Below are positions 12,174-24,787 of a stretch of 64,000 nt of DNA, in pieces. Positions within the stretch are counted from its first letter, which is position 1; the number at the start of each line of letters is the position of its first letter. The DNA comes from Vicugna vicugna. Taxonomy: Eukaryota. The notes beneath the pieces were generated by a model. It had not been told where the DNA came from, did no database searches, and saw only the letters and a program-made list of their open reading frames with translations. The translations under genes were made by a program, and so were the position numbers. The DNA lies in assembly GCA_013265495.1 (NCBI GenBank), contig MU058531.1, positions 3,286,911 to 3,350,910 of the forward strand, written 5' to 3'.

Positions 12174-12260
12174 AGAGAGAGAGAGAGAAAGAGAGAGCAA
12201 ACAAATATATCAAATTGTTAATAAAAGATGAAAATTTCAAAATTTTAATTCATAAATAAA
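10990..12260 (+). mobile_element. Old L1 (L1MC-like) 3'UTR fragments; (GT)n/(GA)n at ~12126-12197
   Basis: GATTCAGGCAAGAATCATCAATAGATG, CAACTAAATGCAATGTGTGG and ATCAATGTTAAATTTCCTGA motifs. Confidence 0.75.
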
Positions 12261-12269
12261 AGAAATCAC

Positions 12270-12360
12270 CTTGCTCCAACTCTGTATCCCCAGCACTTCC
12301 TAGCAAAACAATCTCTGGAATATAGTAGATGCTCAATAAATGTTTATTAAATGGTTAAAT
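12270..12360 (+). mobile_element. L2 3' end
   Basis: CTGTATCCCCAGCAC...AGTAGATGCTCAATAAATGTTTATTAAATG. Confidence 0.7.
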
Positions 12361-12379
12361 TAGATGACAAAGTCAATAG

Positions 12380-12900
12380 GGAATCACTGAATTGCAAGTG
12401 ATAAGATGTACAGTTCAAACTGCCTAAGTGACATTTGTTTCAGGTATAGTTGGATCCAGGGGTTCAATCAGTGTCATTACAATCTTCTCCTTCTGTGTAT
12501 GTGTCTGTGTCTGTTTCTCCTCTATTTTCCTCTATGTTGGCTTTACTCTCATCCTTGAGCTGACTGTCCATGGGGTGGACCCACATAGCTCTCTAGTCCA
12601 GCAGAAATAAAGATATTTTTGTCCAACTGTTCTATACACTTTCACTGCTAAATCTCATTGAACTGACTTGAGTGGTCAGAGAGGATGAAAAATGCTGATG
12701 GGCAAATTTGAGACTTGTGTTTTCAAGTGTGACCTACATGCTTTGTGGAATAAGCAGCCTTAAATCTTTCAAAGCCCAAAGACAAAGTCATGCAGAGTCT
12801 TGGAACAGAATCACCAAGAGGAGATGTGCAGCCAGGTTCTCCCTTCTGCCCTTGTCCCCTTTGACTAGCTTCTCTTTGAACCTCACGGGACAGAAATGGT
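12380..12900 (-). mobile_element. Old MaLR LTR fragments (MLT1-type)
   Basis: TTGCAAGTGATAAGA...TTCAGGTATAGTTGGATCCAGGGGTTCAA; subfamily not resolved. Confidence 0.5.
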
Positions 12901-13722
12901 AGACACCACAAAGTCCCCAGAGTGGATCTCCAAAGTCCAAGCTATTTATTCCTTGAGGTCAATATCCTATGCTTCAAAATAAAATGGTGTAATATTAAAT
13001 GCAAAGTAAAGAAAGTTTCACTAATCTTCTTTTTGAAGAACAGTGGTAAGAAGTGATAACTTACTTTAATATGCTCCATTCTGCTGGTTATGATGAAATC
13101 AGTCTAACTGATGCAAAAGTGGACATTTTTAGACACTTGGTTCAAGATCATTTGGGGGAGATCTTGTGAAATTCCACGAAGTAAAAAACATGGTCTCTGC
13201 TGTCAAGAAGGTCCCGCTTTAGTCAGGGAGAGCTATGTGTTGGAGATATTCACTAGGGATCAGTTGTAGCTGCTCAGTGCCAGGGGTGTGGCGAAACTTC
13301 AGGTTCCCTGCAAGTTCTGTGGATTCCAGGGCAAGGAACCATCAAGGGGAATTAGAATGGGAGCTCAAAAAGGGTAGGGCTTCTTAGCTGTCCTGTTCAC
13401 TGAAATGCCCCCATGCCTGGAAGAGTGCCAGACACATAATAAGAATCAATAAATATAAGTTAAATGAAAAATGGGCTGAGGAAGCCCAGAAAGGCTGTCA
13501 GAGAAAGTGGGAGGGAGAGTAAAAACTAGTAAGACTTCAGGGGAAGGGATAGTGGCAGGGAGGGGCTTTAGGGAGGATGGGGACACACTCCAGACCTGAA
13601 AAGGCATGGGGTGGTTGGCAGGATGGGGCAAAGCCAGGCCACAATGGAACCAGAGATTCACCAGGTACAGAAGGGGTGCCTGGTGAACAGCAGATGGTAC
13701 AGAGGTAAAAAGCTGTTCAGGG

Positions 13723-14050
13723 CAGTGGTCACAAATCAGCAGCCCATGGGCTACATAAGCTAGCAGATGTGTTTTGTTTGACCTCCCCAGGGCTTAAAAA
13801 GTTGAGAAATTTTATATAGCATCCAGATTTCTGGCTTGTCTTGAAGACTCAGGAGATCTGGCAATGCTGAGCCCATGTTCTCACATGGCAACCCCTGGCT
13901 GGAGCTGAGTAACCTTACAGAGAGCATGTCCTCTGCAGCTCAGGACCGCCCTCTCTGCTCCCTGTTGTCTTACACCAGGGCTGAGCCTCTCACTTACAGC
14001 TGTGGGCTCCCTGGCATCGGAGCCTGTGACAAGTACAGGCGGACTGTGGA
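13723..14050. mobile_element. hAT-Charlie DNA transposon relic (MER102-like)
   Basis: CAGTGGTCACAAATCAGCAGCCCATGGG...CCAGATTTCTGGCTT...GATCTGGCAATGCTGAGCCC. Confidence 0.65.
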
Positions 14051-16201
14051 TTCCCTACAGTTACCTCTGAAAACCCACCTAGCGCCTTCACCATCCTCTT
14101 TGCATCTTTCTGCATTACATGCTGTTCTCAGCAAAGTTTTAAGTGAAATTTTAAAATATTTTAAAAAGAAGGCACTCAGAAGTCTGGCAAAACTAAGCTT
14201 ATGCTTGAGAACCATAAAATAAAGAGGTGTAAACAAATGTTCTACTACTATTTGCCTCAAGGAATCCCCATAGTCCTACATTAATTAGAAGACTTCAGCA
14301 GCAAAAACCATTGCTTATTCCCACTCTCTCCCCTTTATCCCACCAGCAATGCCCTAGAACTACAATCTCTTTGAGGACATTGGTATGACTATTTCTGCCA
14401 TCTTCCTTCTCTAGTATTTTCAGAAACTTAACACATGCTGGATGTGGCAGGTGCGGTTCTAAATTTAATCTGGGTGGGAGTCCGCCTAGCCAACTATTCC
14501 AGAAGGGTTTTGGGGATTGTAGCAGGGCATCAAGCTGGTTGGAGCATCGTGCTGTCTGAACAACAGCCCACGTGGACATAAGTCCATTGAGTGTGGGCCC
14601 CCTTCTAGCCTGTTAAACCCCTATGAGCTGTGAGTGATTAAAAAAGAAAAAAAAAATCGGCACCTGTTCCAGCTTTGGCAAGAACCCTAAAATAGAGTAA
14701 CCATTTCTTACGAAAGCTGAACTTCAGTATTTGCAGCTGCTTGCTTCCTTATCAAAAATCAATTTCTGTTTATTATATAAGATACATAAACAGGATAGCC
14801 TTTCCCCCTTTCTGATTCACCACTTTTCTTTTTGACCAAAGGAATCTTTCTGAGCACTTTTGTGTAGATGGAGAAGGCTTTTCTCTCCCCATCAAAATCC
14901 ATTGACCTACTAATAAGGAATCCACTTAAAAAACCTTTTTTTTAAGTTAGTCACTTTAAAAAGTAAGCATAGAGCTTACTGTTCCTTGTTTCTGTTTTCC
15001 TTTCTCATGTAACCTACAAGAGAACGAATGAAAAAATAAACACAAGAACATAGAACTTCATTCAGTAAGTACAACAACCAATAAAAAGAGCTTCAGTTTA
15101 GTATAATAATACACGTGAAGAGAGAAAGAAAATGGGATGGCAGGAAAAGGTCAAGAGAGCGGGGAAGAGGACTAGAGAGGTCATGAGAGACAGAAGGCCA
15201 CTCAGAGGTAGGAAGGGAAAAGCCAAAAGCCAACTCCTTTCTCAGACCCCTACCCAGGCTCCCAACAATCTTAGTCTGCAAAACTCATCTTACCTCTTAA
15301 CTGTGCCAATGCCACAACTCCTCACCCTGACGCCATGAGCCTTGCACATCTAGTCTACTCGGTTTGCTCCCTAATGCCATGGATCCAGTACCTGGGATCC
15401 CCTGATGAAACCGGCCACAGCATCTTCTCTCCCCAGACTTATTTCAATCCCCTCAAGAATAATGAGCACACTCAGGGTAGAAATCTCCCTGAAACAGATC
15501 ATGTGCCTTAATGATCCAGATCTTTTTCTGGAGTGTGCATTTTGAATAGCTCGTTTTTAGGAGCCAAGAGAAAATACAGACCTAGTCTTTCATAAATACA
15601 TCCATTCAACTAGCATCTCCTGATTTTCTGTTGAATATCACCTGAGATACTGAGAATGACTGACTCAAGAAGGCACTTCTCACCTCCTACAACATAATCC
15701 TTTAGTACCCAGACCACTAGCTAGTTTGTCAAAATATCTTGTATGCAGCCCCAGTATTTCTTTCATTTGAGTAAATGCAAACGGCAAGTTGTCAATAGTG
15801 AAGTTAGCTAAGCAGGGGAAAAAATCTTAGGGGAAAAAATATATTCCTTAAACTTCGCCCACAGAAATAGGATGCTCTAGAAGGTGCATATTTTTTAAAA
15901 GTTTGATTTGAAATGTAGAGAAAGAAAATAAATAACCAGTTCTGGAAAACAGTAAGGAATTATTTCATCATTAATGAAAACAAATTTCACCACTTCCTTC
16001 CTCCCGCCGCCTCTTCTCGCCCCCACTAATTCTGCAGTGTCTCATGGTAAAAAGCACAGGCGGAGAGAGCAGAAGTTAAGGACAGATAAATGGATTCTAA
16101 AGTCTGTGAACCCAGTAGCTTATCTTCCCTCCTTCTATCCTCTGATTTATGCAGGGACTCAGAAGATAGCTTCTACTGCTCATCCCCACCACTGGCCATC
16201 A

Positions 16202-16249
16202 GTTATATCAGATATAACCTTCCAGTTACATCACGTCATCCATTTATGG
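16202..16249. promoter_or_regulatory. Candidate enhancer motif cluster (palindrome, C/EBP-ATF, CRE-like, CArG)
   Basis: GTTATATC-A-GATATAAC inverted repeat (16202-16218); GTTACATCA (16225-16233); TCACGTCA (16231-16238); perfect CArG CCATTTATGG (16240-16249); non-repeat context. Confidence 0.4.
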
Positions 16250-19059
16250 CTTGGTCTTCTTACTGTCAAATACAATTACTGGTTAATCTGATGGCAGTTT
16301 CTTCTCATAAAGGAACTTTTTATAAAACCAGATGGAATTATGTCAGATCTAGCCCCAGGGCTCCAAGTTCCTCCCTAACTTCTAGTTCTCCGTTTCCTCC
16401 TCAGTTAGATAAGGGGTTTTGAGTCTAGACCCCACCCTCTTCCAGGCTGAACTTGACTATCTGTAGAGGTACAGCAATCTGAAGTAAAGAAGATAAGCTT
16501 GCAAAATCACTGGCTATGCTCCTGGACCAAATACCCCAAAATGTACCTTGTCAGGAATATTTTCTATGATTAAGTCCCAGGGACAGTTTTACATCATTCT
16601 GCCTACTGCATAATTTTAAGAAAGCATTCTGGGAGAGCAAAGCAGACCTGGGAAGTAATACACAAATGCTTCACTCAACAAATGTTTGTTTGCCTGTGAT
16701 GTGCCAGTCCGCAAGCTGTTCTCATCGAACCTGCACTGGTTCTCCATGAAATAGATATTGCCAGCTTGCTCTGTTTTATAAACAAGGAAACTAAGGCTCT
16801 GAGATATAAAACAATCACCTTGGCTAGGGTGATACAAGTAACAAAGTCTGTGGGCCTCCAGAGACTTGACACTCTTTTCACCTGTAAAAACCACTGCAAT
16901 TGCATATTTCACATTCGTGATGGATCTAGAATGTTATCTTTGCATATGAAGTGTACAATATATACTGGAGATAATAGATGCTAATAATTATAACAATTCC
17001 TTTCAGAATCAAAAAACAGGCTATTTTTTTTCTCCTGTAACCAAAAAACTTTATGGAAAATTGAAAAATCTGACCAAATTCCTTTATTTTTAATTACCAA
17101 GTATAAATCATAGGGTACCTCTTTAAAAGACAGAAGAAACTAGTGATCTCTGGAAGCTCTGAGATGCTATTTTGAAGAAAATTTGGGTGAATAATTACTC
17201 ACATTTTGTACAGAGGGCTCTAAATGTTAAATAAATGCTCCCCACCCCATCTATTGGAAGTGATTAATAGTTCCCCTAATATAAAGTCAGTAAGTAGATC
17301 ACCAGGGCATTGCATGTTTCCTCAATTTCTAAAATCCTATCTGCACAGTGTGAGCACTGTGTGGGGAGACCTGTAATCTAGATCTGATCTACAGACCTTT
17401 AATGCAACCCTGGGATATAAATCACCCTTTCAAAATAAGTCTGTAAAATCGTTAAGAAAAGAAAAAAGTTGGCTGTAAACTAGTTGTATCTGTTGGCCAC
17501 AAACAATAGAATCAGTTCTTACTGTTATATAACAACAACAACAACAATGGAACTCTGGGAATTGAAGAAAAAGCTTCAGAATGAAGCTTAGAAAAGGGCA
17601 GAACTAGTGAGTTCAGAGGCTCTACGTGGCAGAAACAAAGAAGTACTACTTTCTAGATAAGCAGGTTTGACTGTTTGGGGCCATTGTAAAGTTGTTGCTG
17701 CTCAGCTCCATCCAAGTTTCAGAGAGAGAGCATCTGAAGGGTTGAGTTTGGGGTTTCTGCCCACGCCTTGGCCACGGGAGGGACGCTTCACATGCATGAC
17801 GGACCTACGTCATTCCTGACTGGAGACGAGTACAGATTTCCCCCAAGCCAAAGTTGGGTGCCGTTACAGAGTGGAGGCTGAGCAGGCAAAAACAGCAGAT
17901 GTCCATGAACCTGAGGTCAGGAATTTGGCCTCTCCATCCCCTTGGAGGGATCTGTGACATGGGTCTGAGGCTAGGGACAGATACAGACCACGAATAGACA
18001 TGAGGATAAATCCTGGATCAAAGCTATGGGCCAGGCCAGGAAGGGGCAGGCCGCTGTGGGGAAGGCGTATGACAGGAGAGGGCACTTGGAGTTCGGAGGG
18101 GTGAGCAGCTGTATTTTCTGATACGCACTTCATCCAGCCGCCTGCACTGAGAACGCACCACATGGTCAGTGGAATGGAATGTGGGGCAGACACCAGCCCC
18201 TCTGAAGCACACAGAAATCTGATACAATGGCCTCAGCCTAATGCATGTCCAGGCACTTTCTCTTACTTAATTAATTCCAACTCTTTGCGACATTCAGCAA
18301 AATAAAGATGGCCAGGCCGGGTCAGGGGGTCAGATCAGCCAAGTCAGAGCGGTCAGGTCCAAACTGGACGTTTAGGTAAGACCAGGGACATTAGCTGAAG
18401 CAGGAGAAACTATCCTATTTCCTTCTTTAACCTGAGGCTCACACAGCTGGTGCTAGAGAGGGGTCCTGGTTTGAGTTGAAAGACGCTGGTACCAGAGAGG
18501 GTGGAGGATGGACGCATGGGACACGGTCCCACTGGAGCAAGGATTGGAGACAAAAGAGCAGAATCATCTACTAAATCCAGAGATCAGTTGACGCTGTGGT
18601 CAAGAATGAGGCAAGAGACCGGAGCTGAGATCAGAAACAGTTCTGGAGACAAGGGGGGAAGAAGGATGGCTTGATAAAGTTCAAGATACAGACTGCACAG
18701 CCTCAAGGGCCAAAGCCTCTTCTCACTGGGTGCTGGTCACATGGCAGGGGGCCCAGCAACCAGTCAGATCATTGGTAGTACAGGCTGGGTGGAGAGAAAA
18801 TAGGCAAATACCATAGGCGGACACGGGCACCTGGCCCACAGCAAGCGGGAACTGGGGGTCACAAGGCTGGAATTCAGAGTCCCAGAGGTGAGAGAGCCAG
18901 CCAGGCAGGCACCAGCGAGTAAGAATGACCTCTACTTCCAGCGATACCCTCCAAAGGAGGACACCAGGTCCTTGGACTTGGTGGTGATGTTTTTTACATG
19001 TGAGCCATCTTCTAACTGGGCAAGTACAGATGCTTAAAAGAGAGGTGTTATTTCTGCAA

Positions 19060-19233
19060 GACAGTTCTCAACCATGGCTGCACATTGGAATCACCTGGAA
19101 TATCGAATAGGCTAATACCTGGGCTCCATCAATAGAGAGTCTAATTTCAGTTAGTCTGGGGTGCAGCCCAGACTTCAGGAGTTTTAAAAGCTCCCTGGGT
19201 GATTCCAATGTGCAGTCAAGGCTGAGAACTGCT
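19060..19233. mobile_element. MER5-type hAT-Charlie MITE
   Basis: CAGTTCTCAACC...GAATCACCTGG...GGTGATTCCAATGTGCAG...GGCTGAGAACTG inverted termini. Confidence 0.8.
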
Positions 19234-19399
19234 ATCCTAGAGCACTGGACCCCAACAGGCCTTCCTCAGAATGCTAGTACAGCAGGTTTTTACTGAAAGC
19301 TGGGTTTCACATTAAAAAAAAAAATTGGGAAATATTGCATAAAGTATATAATGTTCTTTTGAAGATTTAACAAATTCTGAGAAGTTTTTAAGTAAAATA

Positions 19400-20160
19400 G
19401 CCTTATTCTACCTATGTGAAATTTACATACAGTAAAATGCACAGATATTAAACTTACCGTTCACTGAGTTTCAACAAATGTATACACCCAATAATTGTTG
19501 ATCTGGACAAAAGGAATATGGAAGTTTCTTACATGAGTTTTGCAACTTTTCTGTAAGTTGAAAATCATATCAAAATTAAAAGTGACTAAGAAGTATACAC
19601 TTGTGTTATCATCACCCAAATCAAGAAAGAGGACATTTCCCTCACTCCAAAAAGCTCCTTGTGCTCCTTCCCAGTCAGCCCTAGACCCTCCTAGAACCAA
19701 TATTTTACTTATTTTTTTAACATTTTTTATTGATTTATAATCATTTTACAATGTTGTGTCAAATTCCAGTGTTCAGCACAATTTTTCAGTCATACAGGGA
19801 CATATACACACTCATTGTCACATTTTTTTCTCTGTGAGCTACCATAACGTTTTGTGTATATTTCCCTGTGCTATACAGTATAATTAGAACCAATATTTTA
19901 AATGATTTCTATTACCATAGTTCAGTTTTGTCTGATTTTGTATTTTATAGGAAAGGTACCATGTAGCATATACTATAAACTAGCTTGTGTCTGTTTCTTA
20001 TCATCAGCATAATGTTTCTGTTGCTTTCTAGTTCGTATTGTGTGGTTCATCTATATGTTGTTGTGTGAATCGCTAATTCATTCCTATTACAAATAACGAT
20101 GCTACGAACATTCTTATATCAGTCTTTTTGTGGATATGTACTTGCATTCCTTTTGGGTGC
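19400..20160 (-). mobile_element. Old L1 3' end (antisense) hosting nested L1 tails
   Basis: TGAAATTTACATACAGTAAAATGCACAGAT...; small + strand L1 tail at ~19500-19590. Confidence 0.7.
19708..19884 (-). mobile_element. Young L1 3' tail (177 bp)
   Basis: Closely similar to the reverse complement of ~7270-7435; perfect 16-bp TSD TAGAACCAATATTTTA at 19692-19707 and 19885-19900. Confidence 0.93.
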
Positions 20161-20216
20161 AGCAATGTTTTTATTGAAAAGAGGACTTCATATGTAAATA
20201 AGTCTGGGAAGTAATG

Positions 20217-20252
<36 letters not shown>
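20217..20252. repeat. (TG)n microsatellite
   Basis: Dinucleotide run. Confidence 0.95.
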
Positions 20253-20254
<2 letters not shown>

Positions 20255-20271
20255 CAGAATGAAGTTGTCGA

Positions 20272-20341
20272 TCTGAATCACTATGCTGTACACCAGAAAA
20301 TAACACAACATTGTAAATAGACTATATTTCAATTAAAAAAA
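20272..20341 (+). mobile_element. 70-bp L1 3' tail
   Basis: CTGAATCACTATGCTGTACACCAGAAA...poly(A); TSD AGAATGAAGTTG(T/A)CGA at 20256-20271 and 20342-20357. Confidence 0.88.
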
Positions 20342-20879
20342 AGAATGAAGTTGACGACCAGAGTGGTTGTAGTAGATTTTGACATAGATAGCACTGTTTT
20401 CATTTAGGCTTAAAACCATAATATTCAAAATATGGAAAACTATCAAATGTCAACTAAACCTTCTACCAACAAATGAGCTCCTGGTCAATAACTCAAATGC
20501 TCTCTTGATGAGTCCTTGGGGACAATTCAGTGCTCCATTTATCTCTTTCTCTAAGCAGCCGAAACAGTTCTGGACACATATTAAACACACTATAAATGTA
20601 CTTTCAATTGAAATGTAATCTTTCTCAAAGGGTAATTAAGTTTTTCTTTTGGTGGTGGGACTATAGGTGATGTATGTCTTCATTTTCTTATCTCCATTTT
20701 TGGTTTTTTGTGAACATGAGTTAATTTTTTTAAAAAATTATTTTTTAAGATACTCACTGTGAAAGACTTGAAGTCTCCATTAGAAGAAAAGAAGTAAAGT
20801 TTAATCTCATCATTGCTTAAATACTTCCCAATTAAGTAGTTTGGTTTAACATTAATACTACCACCCCAAACGTTCTGTT

Positions 20880-22100
20880 TTACCTTGAGAAACTAATAAT
20901 TGATGGGAGCCATTGTGTACATTGTGTATATTTGCTAATGTTTATCGGCAGCAACAGCAGATAAGAAAATCTATAACTGAATGTCTTACAAAATGGGCCT
21001 GGGGTTCTGATTACTGCTAGATGAGAATATCTGAACATTTGGTTTGCTGCTTCAGTATCCAATATACCTTCAACCATCAAAAACTCAGCTTCTAAGTGGA
21101 CAGTTACAGAATACTGGGTTATCACACTCAGGTTCCTCCACTTTAGGGAATTCCTTTAAAAAGCTGTTTCTTTTGTCAGTTTTGTTTGTTTGCTTGTTTT
21201 CTGTCTTTTGTGTTTTAAGTCATCTGCAGCGGCTTTAACAAAAAACAACCAGATCTTGGAGCAGCGTATCTGCTGTGTTTAATCTGTCACAGAAACAGCT
21301 ATCTTATAAACTGTTTCAAATATTAATCTATTTGTGTTTGCCTTTTTATTTTAAAGGCACGTCATACTCTACTTGAATTAACTACAAAACCCTGCACTGT
21401 CAGAGTGTGGAATCTAGAAAAGGTGCCCACAGTAAAACCCAGGTTAATAAGGTTGTTATCACACAGGATAACTCATCACCATAAAAGAAAACTTTACAGC
21501 CACATGTGAGAGGTTTTCTTTTCCCCTCGGAATGTTAAACAGTTTTCTCTACTTATTCTCTTATAACCAAAGCATACTTCTAAAACTAAAAAGGAAAAAA
21601 ATCCAGAATACAGTAAACAGATATGTATTTATCCCTCGTTCTATTTTGTCGACTATACATGGTGCAAGCATTGTTGGAATACCTAAGTGACTGCTGTTTA
21701 TTATTTTTTTTTTGATTAACATGAAAAATGGAAAGAAAGAATACTTTTAGATTTGAAAGATGTATTGCAGATGACAGATGTTAGTAATTGCTCCAGCAGA
21801 CCACAAAAGATTAGTTTTCCAGCAAGAAACTTGGGGTAACCTGGCTAAATATTTCATTCATGTGACCGAGAGGGTCGGGGGTGGGAGGGCTGGGATCAGC
21901 TCAGCAGTGTGGGTGCCTGTGGCTTGGCTGGGCTTGGGGTTAGCCTCTCACTTATAGCCTCAGACTGCAGAGAACAGCCTGCTCATGCCCCGTGCTCCAC
22001 TGTGGAATCTGCGGTCCCGCCCCTCAGGTTGAGGTTATCTTAAAATGGCAGGAATAGAGTGGAACTAGAGCCAGTCATTTCAGAGGGGGAGGGCTGGCTG
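20880..22100 (-). promoter_or_regulatory. Candidate non-CpG promoter(s) and non-coding first exon on the minus strand
   Basis: ~2 kb with no recognisable repeat; GC box GGGGCGGG (22016-22023) ~60 nt upstream of TATAAG (21951-21956); second TATAAG (21303-21308) next to HNF1-like and forkhead motifs (21315-21341); donors AAG|GTATAT (21068) and AAG|GTAAAA (20884). Confidence 0.4.
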
Positions 22101-22489
22101 GCTCAGGCCGTGAGGTGTGCGAGGGACGATGATGTTCTTGTCAGAAGCTCAGCCAGGATCCTTTCAAATTTCATTTTCATAAATACCCTGCATTTAGCCA
22201 GCATCCCCTACTTTCCCTCAGTGGAGTGGGTGCTGGGAAGCAGAGGATCAGGAAGAAATGAGAATGCTAAAGACATGGAGAGTGAGAAGGGCTTCAGCAC
22301 AGGATGTGATGTCTCCAGGTCCCGGCTGAGTTCTCATTTGGGTTCAACAAACTGACCTGAGGAATCAGAGCCTCATCCACATTCGTTCAAATATTTTTTC
22401 AACGATGGAACATTTGTGCTTTCAGTGGTTACATCTGAGTTTTGGAAATAGCACAGCCCATTCAGTTCTAATAGAGCTGGGCCAATAAT

Positions 22490-22705
22490 AACTTACATTT
22501 GGAGAGTGGGTTCCATTTCACAAGGTGCTGTAACAATGCCTTGTTTCATTTAATCTTCAACAACCCCTGCTGTGGGCACTTTTATTCTCCAGTTGCAGAG
22601 GAGGAAAGTGAGGTTAAGAGAAGTTGAGGAATATGCAAAGTTACAAAACAGAGGTTGGATCTGAATCCAAATCTGATTTCAAATCCATTGCTGTTCACCC
22701 TATAT
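22490..22705 (-). mobile_element. MIR
   Basis: CATTTAATCTTCAACAACCCTG...TTGCAGAGGAGGAAAGTGAGG. Confidence 0.75.
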
Positions 22706-22794
22706 CAGAGGTTCTATTTTTAATTTAAAACATATGAAGCAGTACAATAGGGCAGCCTAACTAATTTTCATCCACACCTCATAATCTCGTGCCA

Positions 22795-22953
22795 ATGGCG
22801 ATTCAAAAGAGGATTTCCAAAACACTTTGAGCAATGGTATCCTTAAACAGGATGAGCACATGGCTTCCCAGGAAGTAAATTCATGGTTTCCCTATCTTTC
22901 CAAACATATGGTTGGATTTTAAAAGTCCCCATTATTTTATTGTCACAACTGGT
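22795..22953 (+). mobile_element. Mariner-type relic (MARNA-like 3' end)
   Basis: ATTCAAAAGAGGATTTCCAAAACACTTTGAGCAATGG...ATTATTTTATTGTCACAACTGGTA. Confidence 0.55.
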
Positions 22954-23384
22954 AGGACTTTAAAATGCTTACTATATTCACTTCCATAAAAATCACTATG
23001 CCAGAAAAAAATACTGGAGGTATAAGCTATTCAACAGCTGTGAAAGGGAAAATTGCTAAGAACCTTTTACGGTACATAAAACCAGGCTTGTGAGCTACTT
23101 TAATTTTATCTGGGAAAAGAAAAAAATGTTAGCATAATAATATTTACACTGTACATCTACAAAAGAACTTCATTATCCTCAGAGGATATATTCTAGAAAT
23201 TCCAAGTTAATAAAGAAAAGTGAGGGGGTATTCGTCTGATTCATTTTTTCCTCTCATTTTTGGCCTTTGGTCATTTGTTCCATTATGTCCACCTTTCTTT
23301 TAGGTGCAGTGACCATATGAAGGAAATCAGATTAAAACATCTTCTAGGTGCCATAACTGATCATTGATTTGCCTGATATTCATG

Positions 23385-23540
23385 TGCTATAGCAGCTCAA
23401 GAATTTTGTGAGCCAACTGTTAAACTGTTGATACTGGAAACTGGCCATAGTGGGAGTATTTACACCATGGAAATCAACAACCACTATGAAACAGGGCTCC
23501 CTCCTTACCCCCTCCCAGAGCCAGTTTACCAGCATAGTGC
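23385..23540. mobile_element. hAT-Blackjack relic (MER63-like)
   Basis: GGGAGTATTTACACCATGGAAATC...AGAGCCAGTTTACCAGCA. Confidence 0.65.
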
Positions 23541-24204
23541 GGGCCGGAGGTATGAGGAATTAAGGAGGGAGGTTGCTGTTCAGCATCTCACAAATGAAGC
23601 CACAAATTTAGTCTTCTCTATAGCAGCAGGGAATAACAAAGAAGGTACCATCCTGTCCAGTGACTTTGGATTTGATTTATAAAGAGTTTTACTGAAGCTG
23701 GGAGAGTAGGGCTGCATTCAAGGACATTTCTGTGATGCCAAGCAAACATTTGGAGCTACAAAAGTAATTCAGTGTACGTACGGAAGGTTGTCTAATTTAC
23801 CATCTAGTTAATATAAGATGGTCACTAAGGTTAAATGGGAAAAAAGCAAGTTACAAACTACACATATATGATCCCACACTAATAGGGAAAAATTGTTTTA
23901 GACATGTAATTTCCGTACTTTCTTGGTAACTAACCACACTTTTTCCAGTAACTGTTATTAAATAGATAGTCTTCAACTAATGACACATTACAATCAAGGG
24001 AAAGGGGAAATCACACTAGCAGGCTAATGCTATTGAAGATGAAATGAGATTATGCTCATAACATGCTGAGCATAGTGCCTGGTACGTAGTGAGCACTCAA
24101 GAAATACCTTCATCACTGTCATCACACACTTAGCAACACATTAGTTGACAATGACTTTCTATATCCATATCTCATTCACAATCTCTGTGTAAGGAAAGCA
24201 GATC

Positions 24205-24650
24205 TGAGTCAATGGTTCTCAACCTTGACCGAACTTCAGAATTACAAGGAGAGATTTTGAAAAATATCACTAGCCCAAGACCCAGGTAAATTAAATTAGA
24301 ATTTCTAGGGGCGAAGCCCAGGCATTTGGAGTATTACTAAAGTTTCCCCAGTGATTCTAATGTGCATTATTTTAAGTTAGTGATTCTCAACCTTAGCTGC
24401 ACGTGAGAGACTGCCACACCCAGATATGGCATGAGCATCTTAGGGTGGGGATCTAGGTATTAGTATTAAGTTTTTCTTTCTAAGGGTGGATCCAAACCAC
24501 CAGAATCGCTTGGGGCACCTGTAATCAAATCCAGACATATACACCAGTCCCCCAAATTATTAATTAGGTCTCGAAGTGAGAGTCTTGCAGTTTGTACTTT
24601 TAACAAGTTCCTCAGTATACGCTGTGGTGTGGATTTGGGAATCACCAATC
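24205..24650. mobile_element. Cluster of MER5-type MITE fragments
   Basis: Repeated GGTTCTCAACCTT, ATTAGAATTTCTAGGGG and TTTTAACAAGTTCCTC motifs. Confidence 0.6.
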
Positions 24651-24787
24651 TATGTTCACAAAGTGGCAGTTAAAAAGACCAGGAGTCTAGTCTTGGTTCT
24701 GCTAACTAGTTCTTTGAATATAGCTTCCGCCTCCATGACATAGAAGGTTGAATTAGATGCTCTCTGAGGTGTCTAAAGTCCCTTCTG

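Noticed and set aside
18260..18950. Purine-rich segment as a possible ancient LTR or exon
   Set aside because: I cannot assign a family or splice structure by eye
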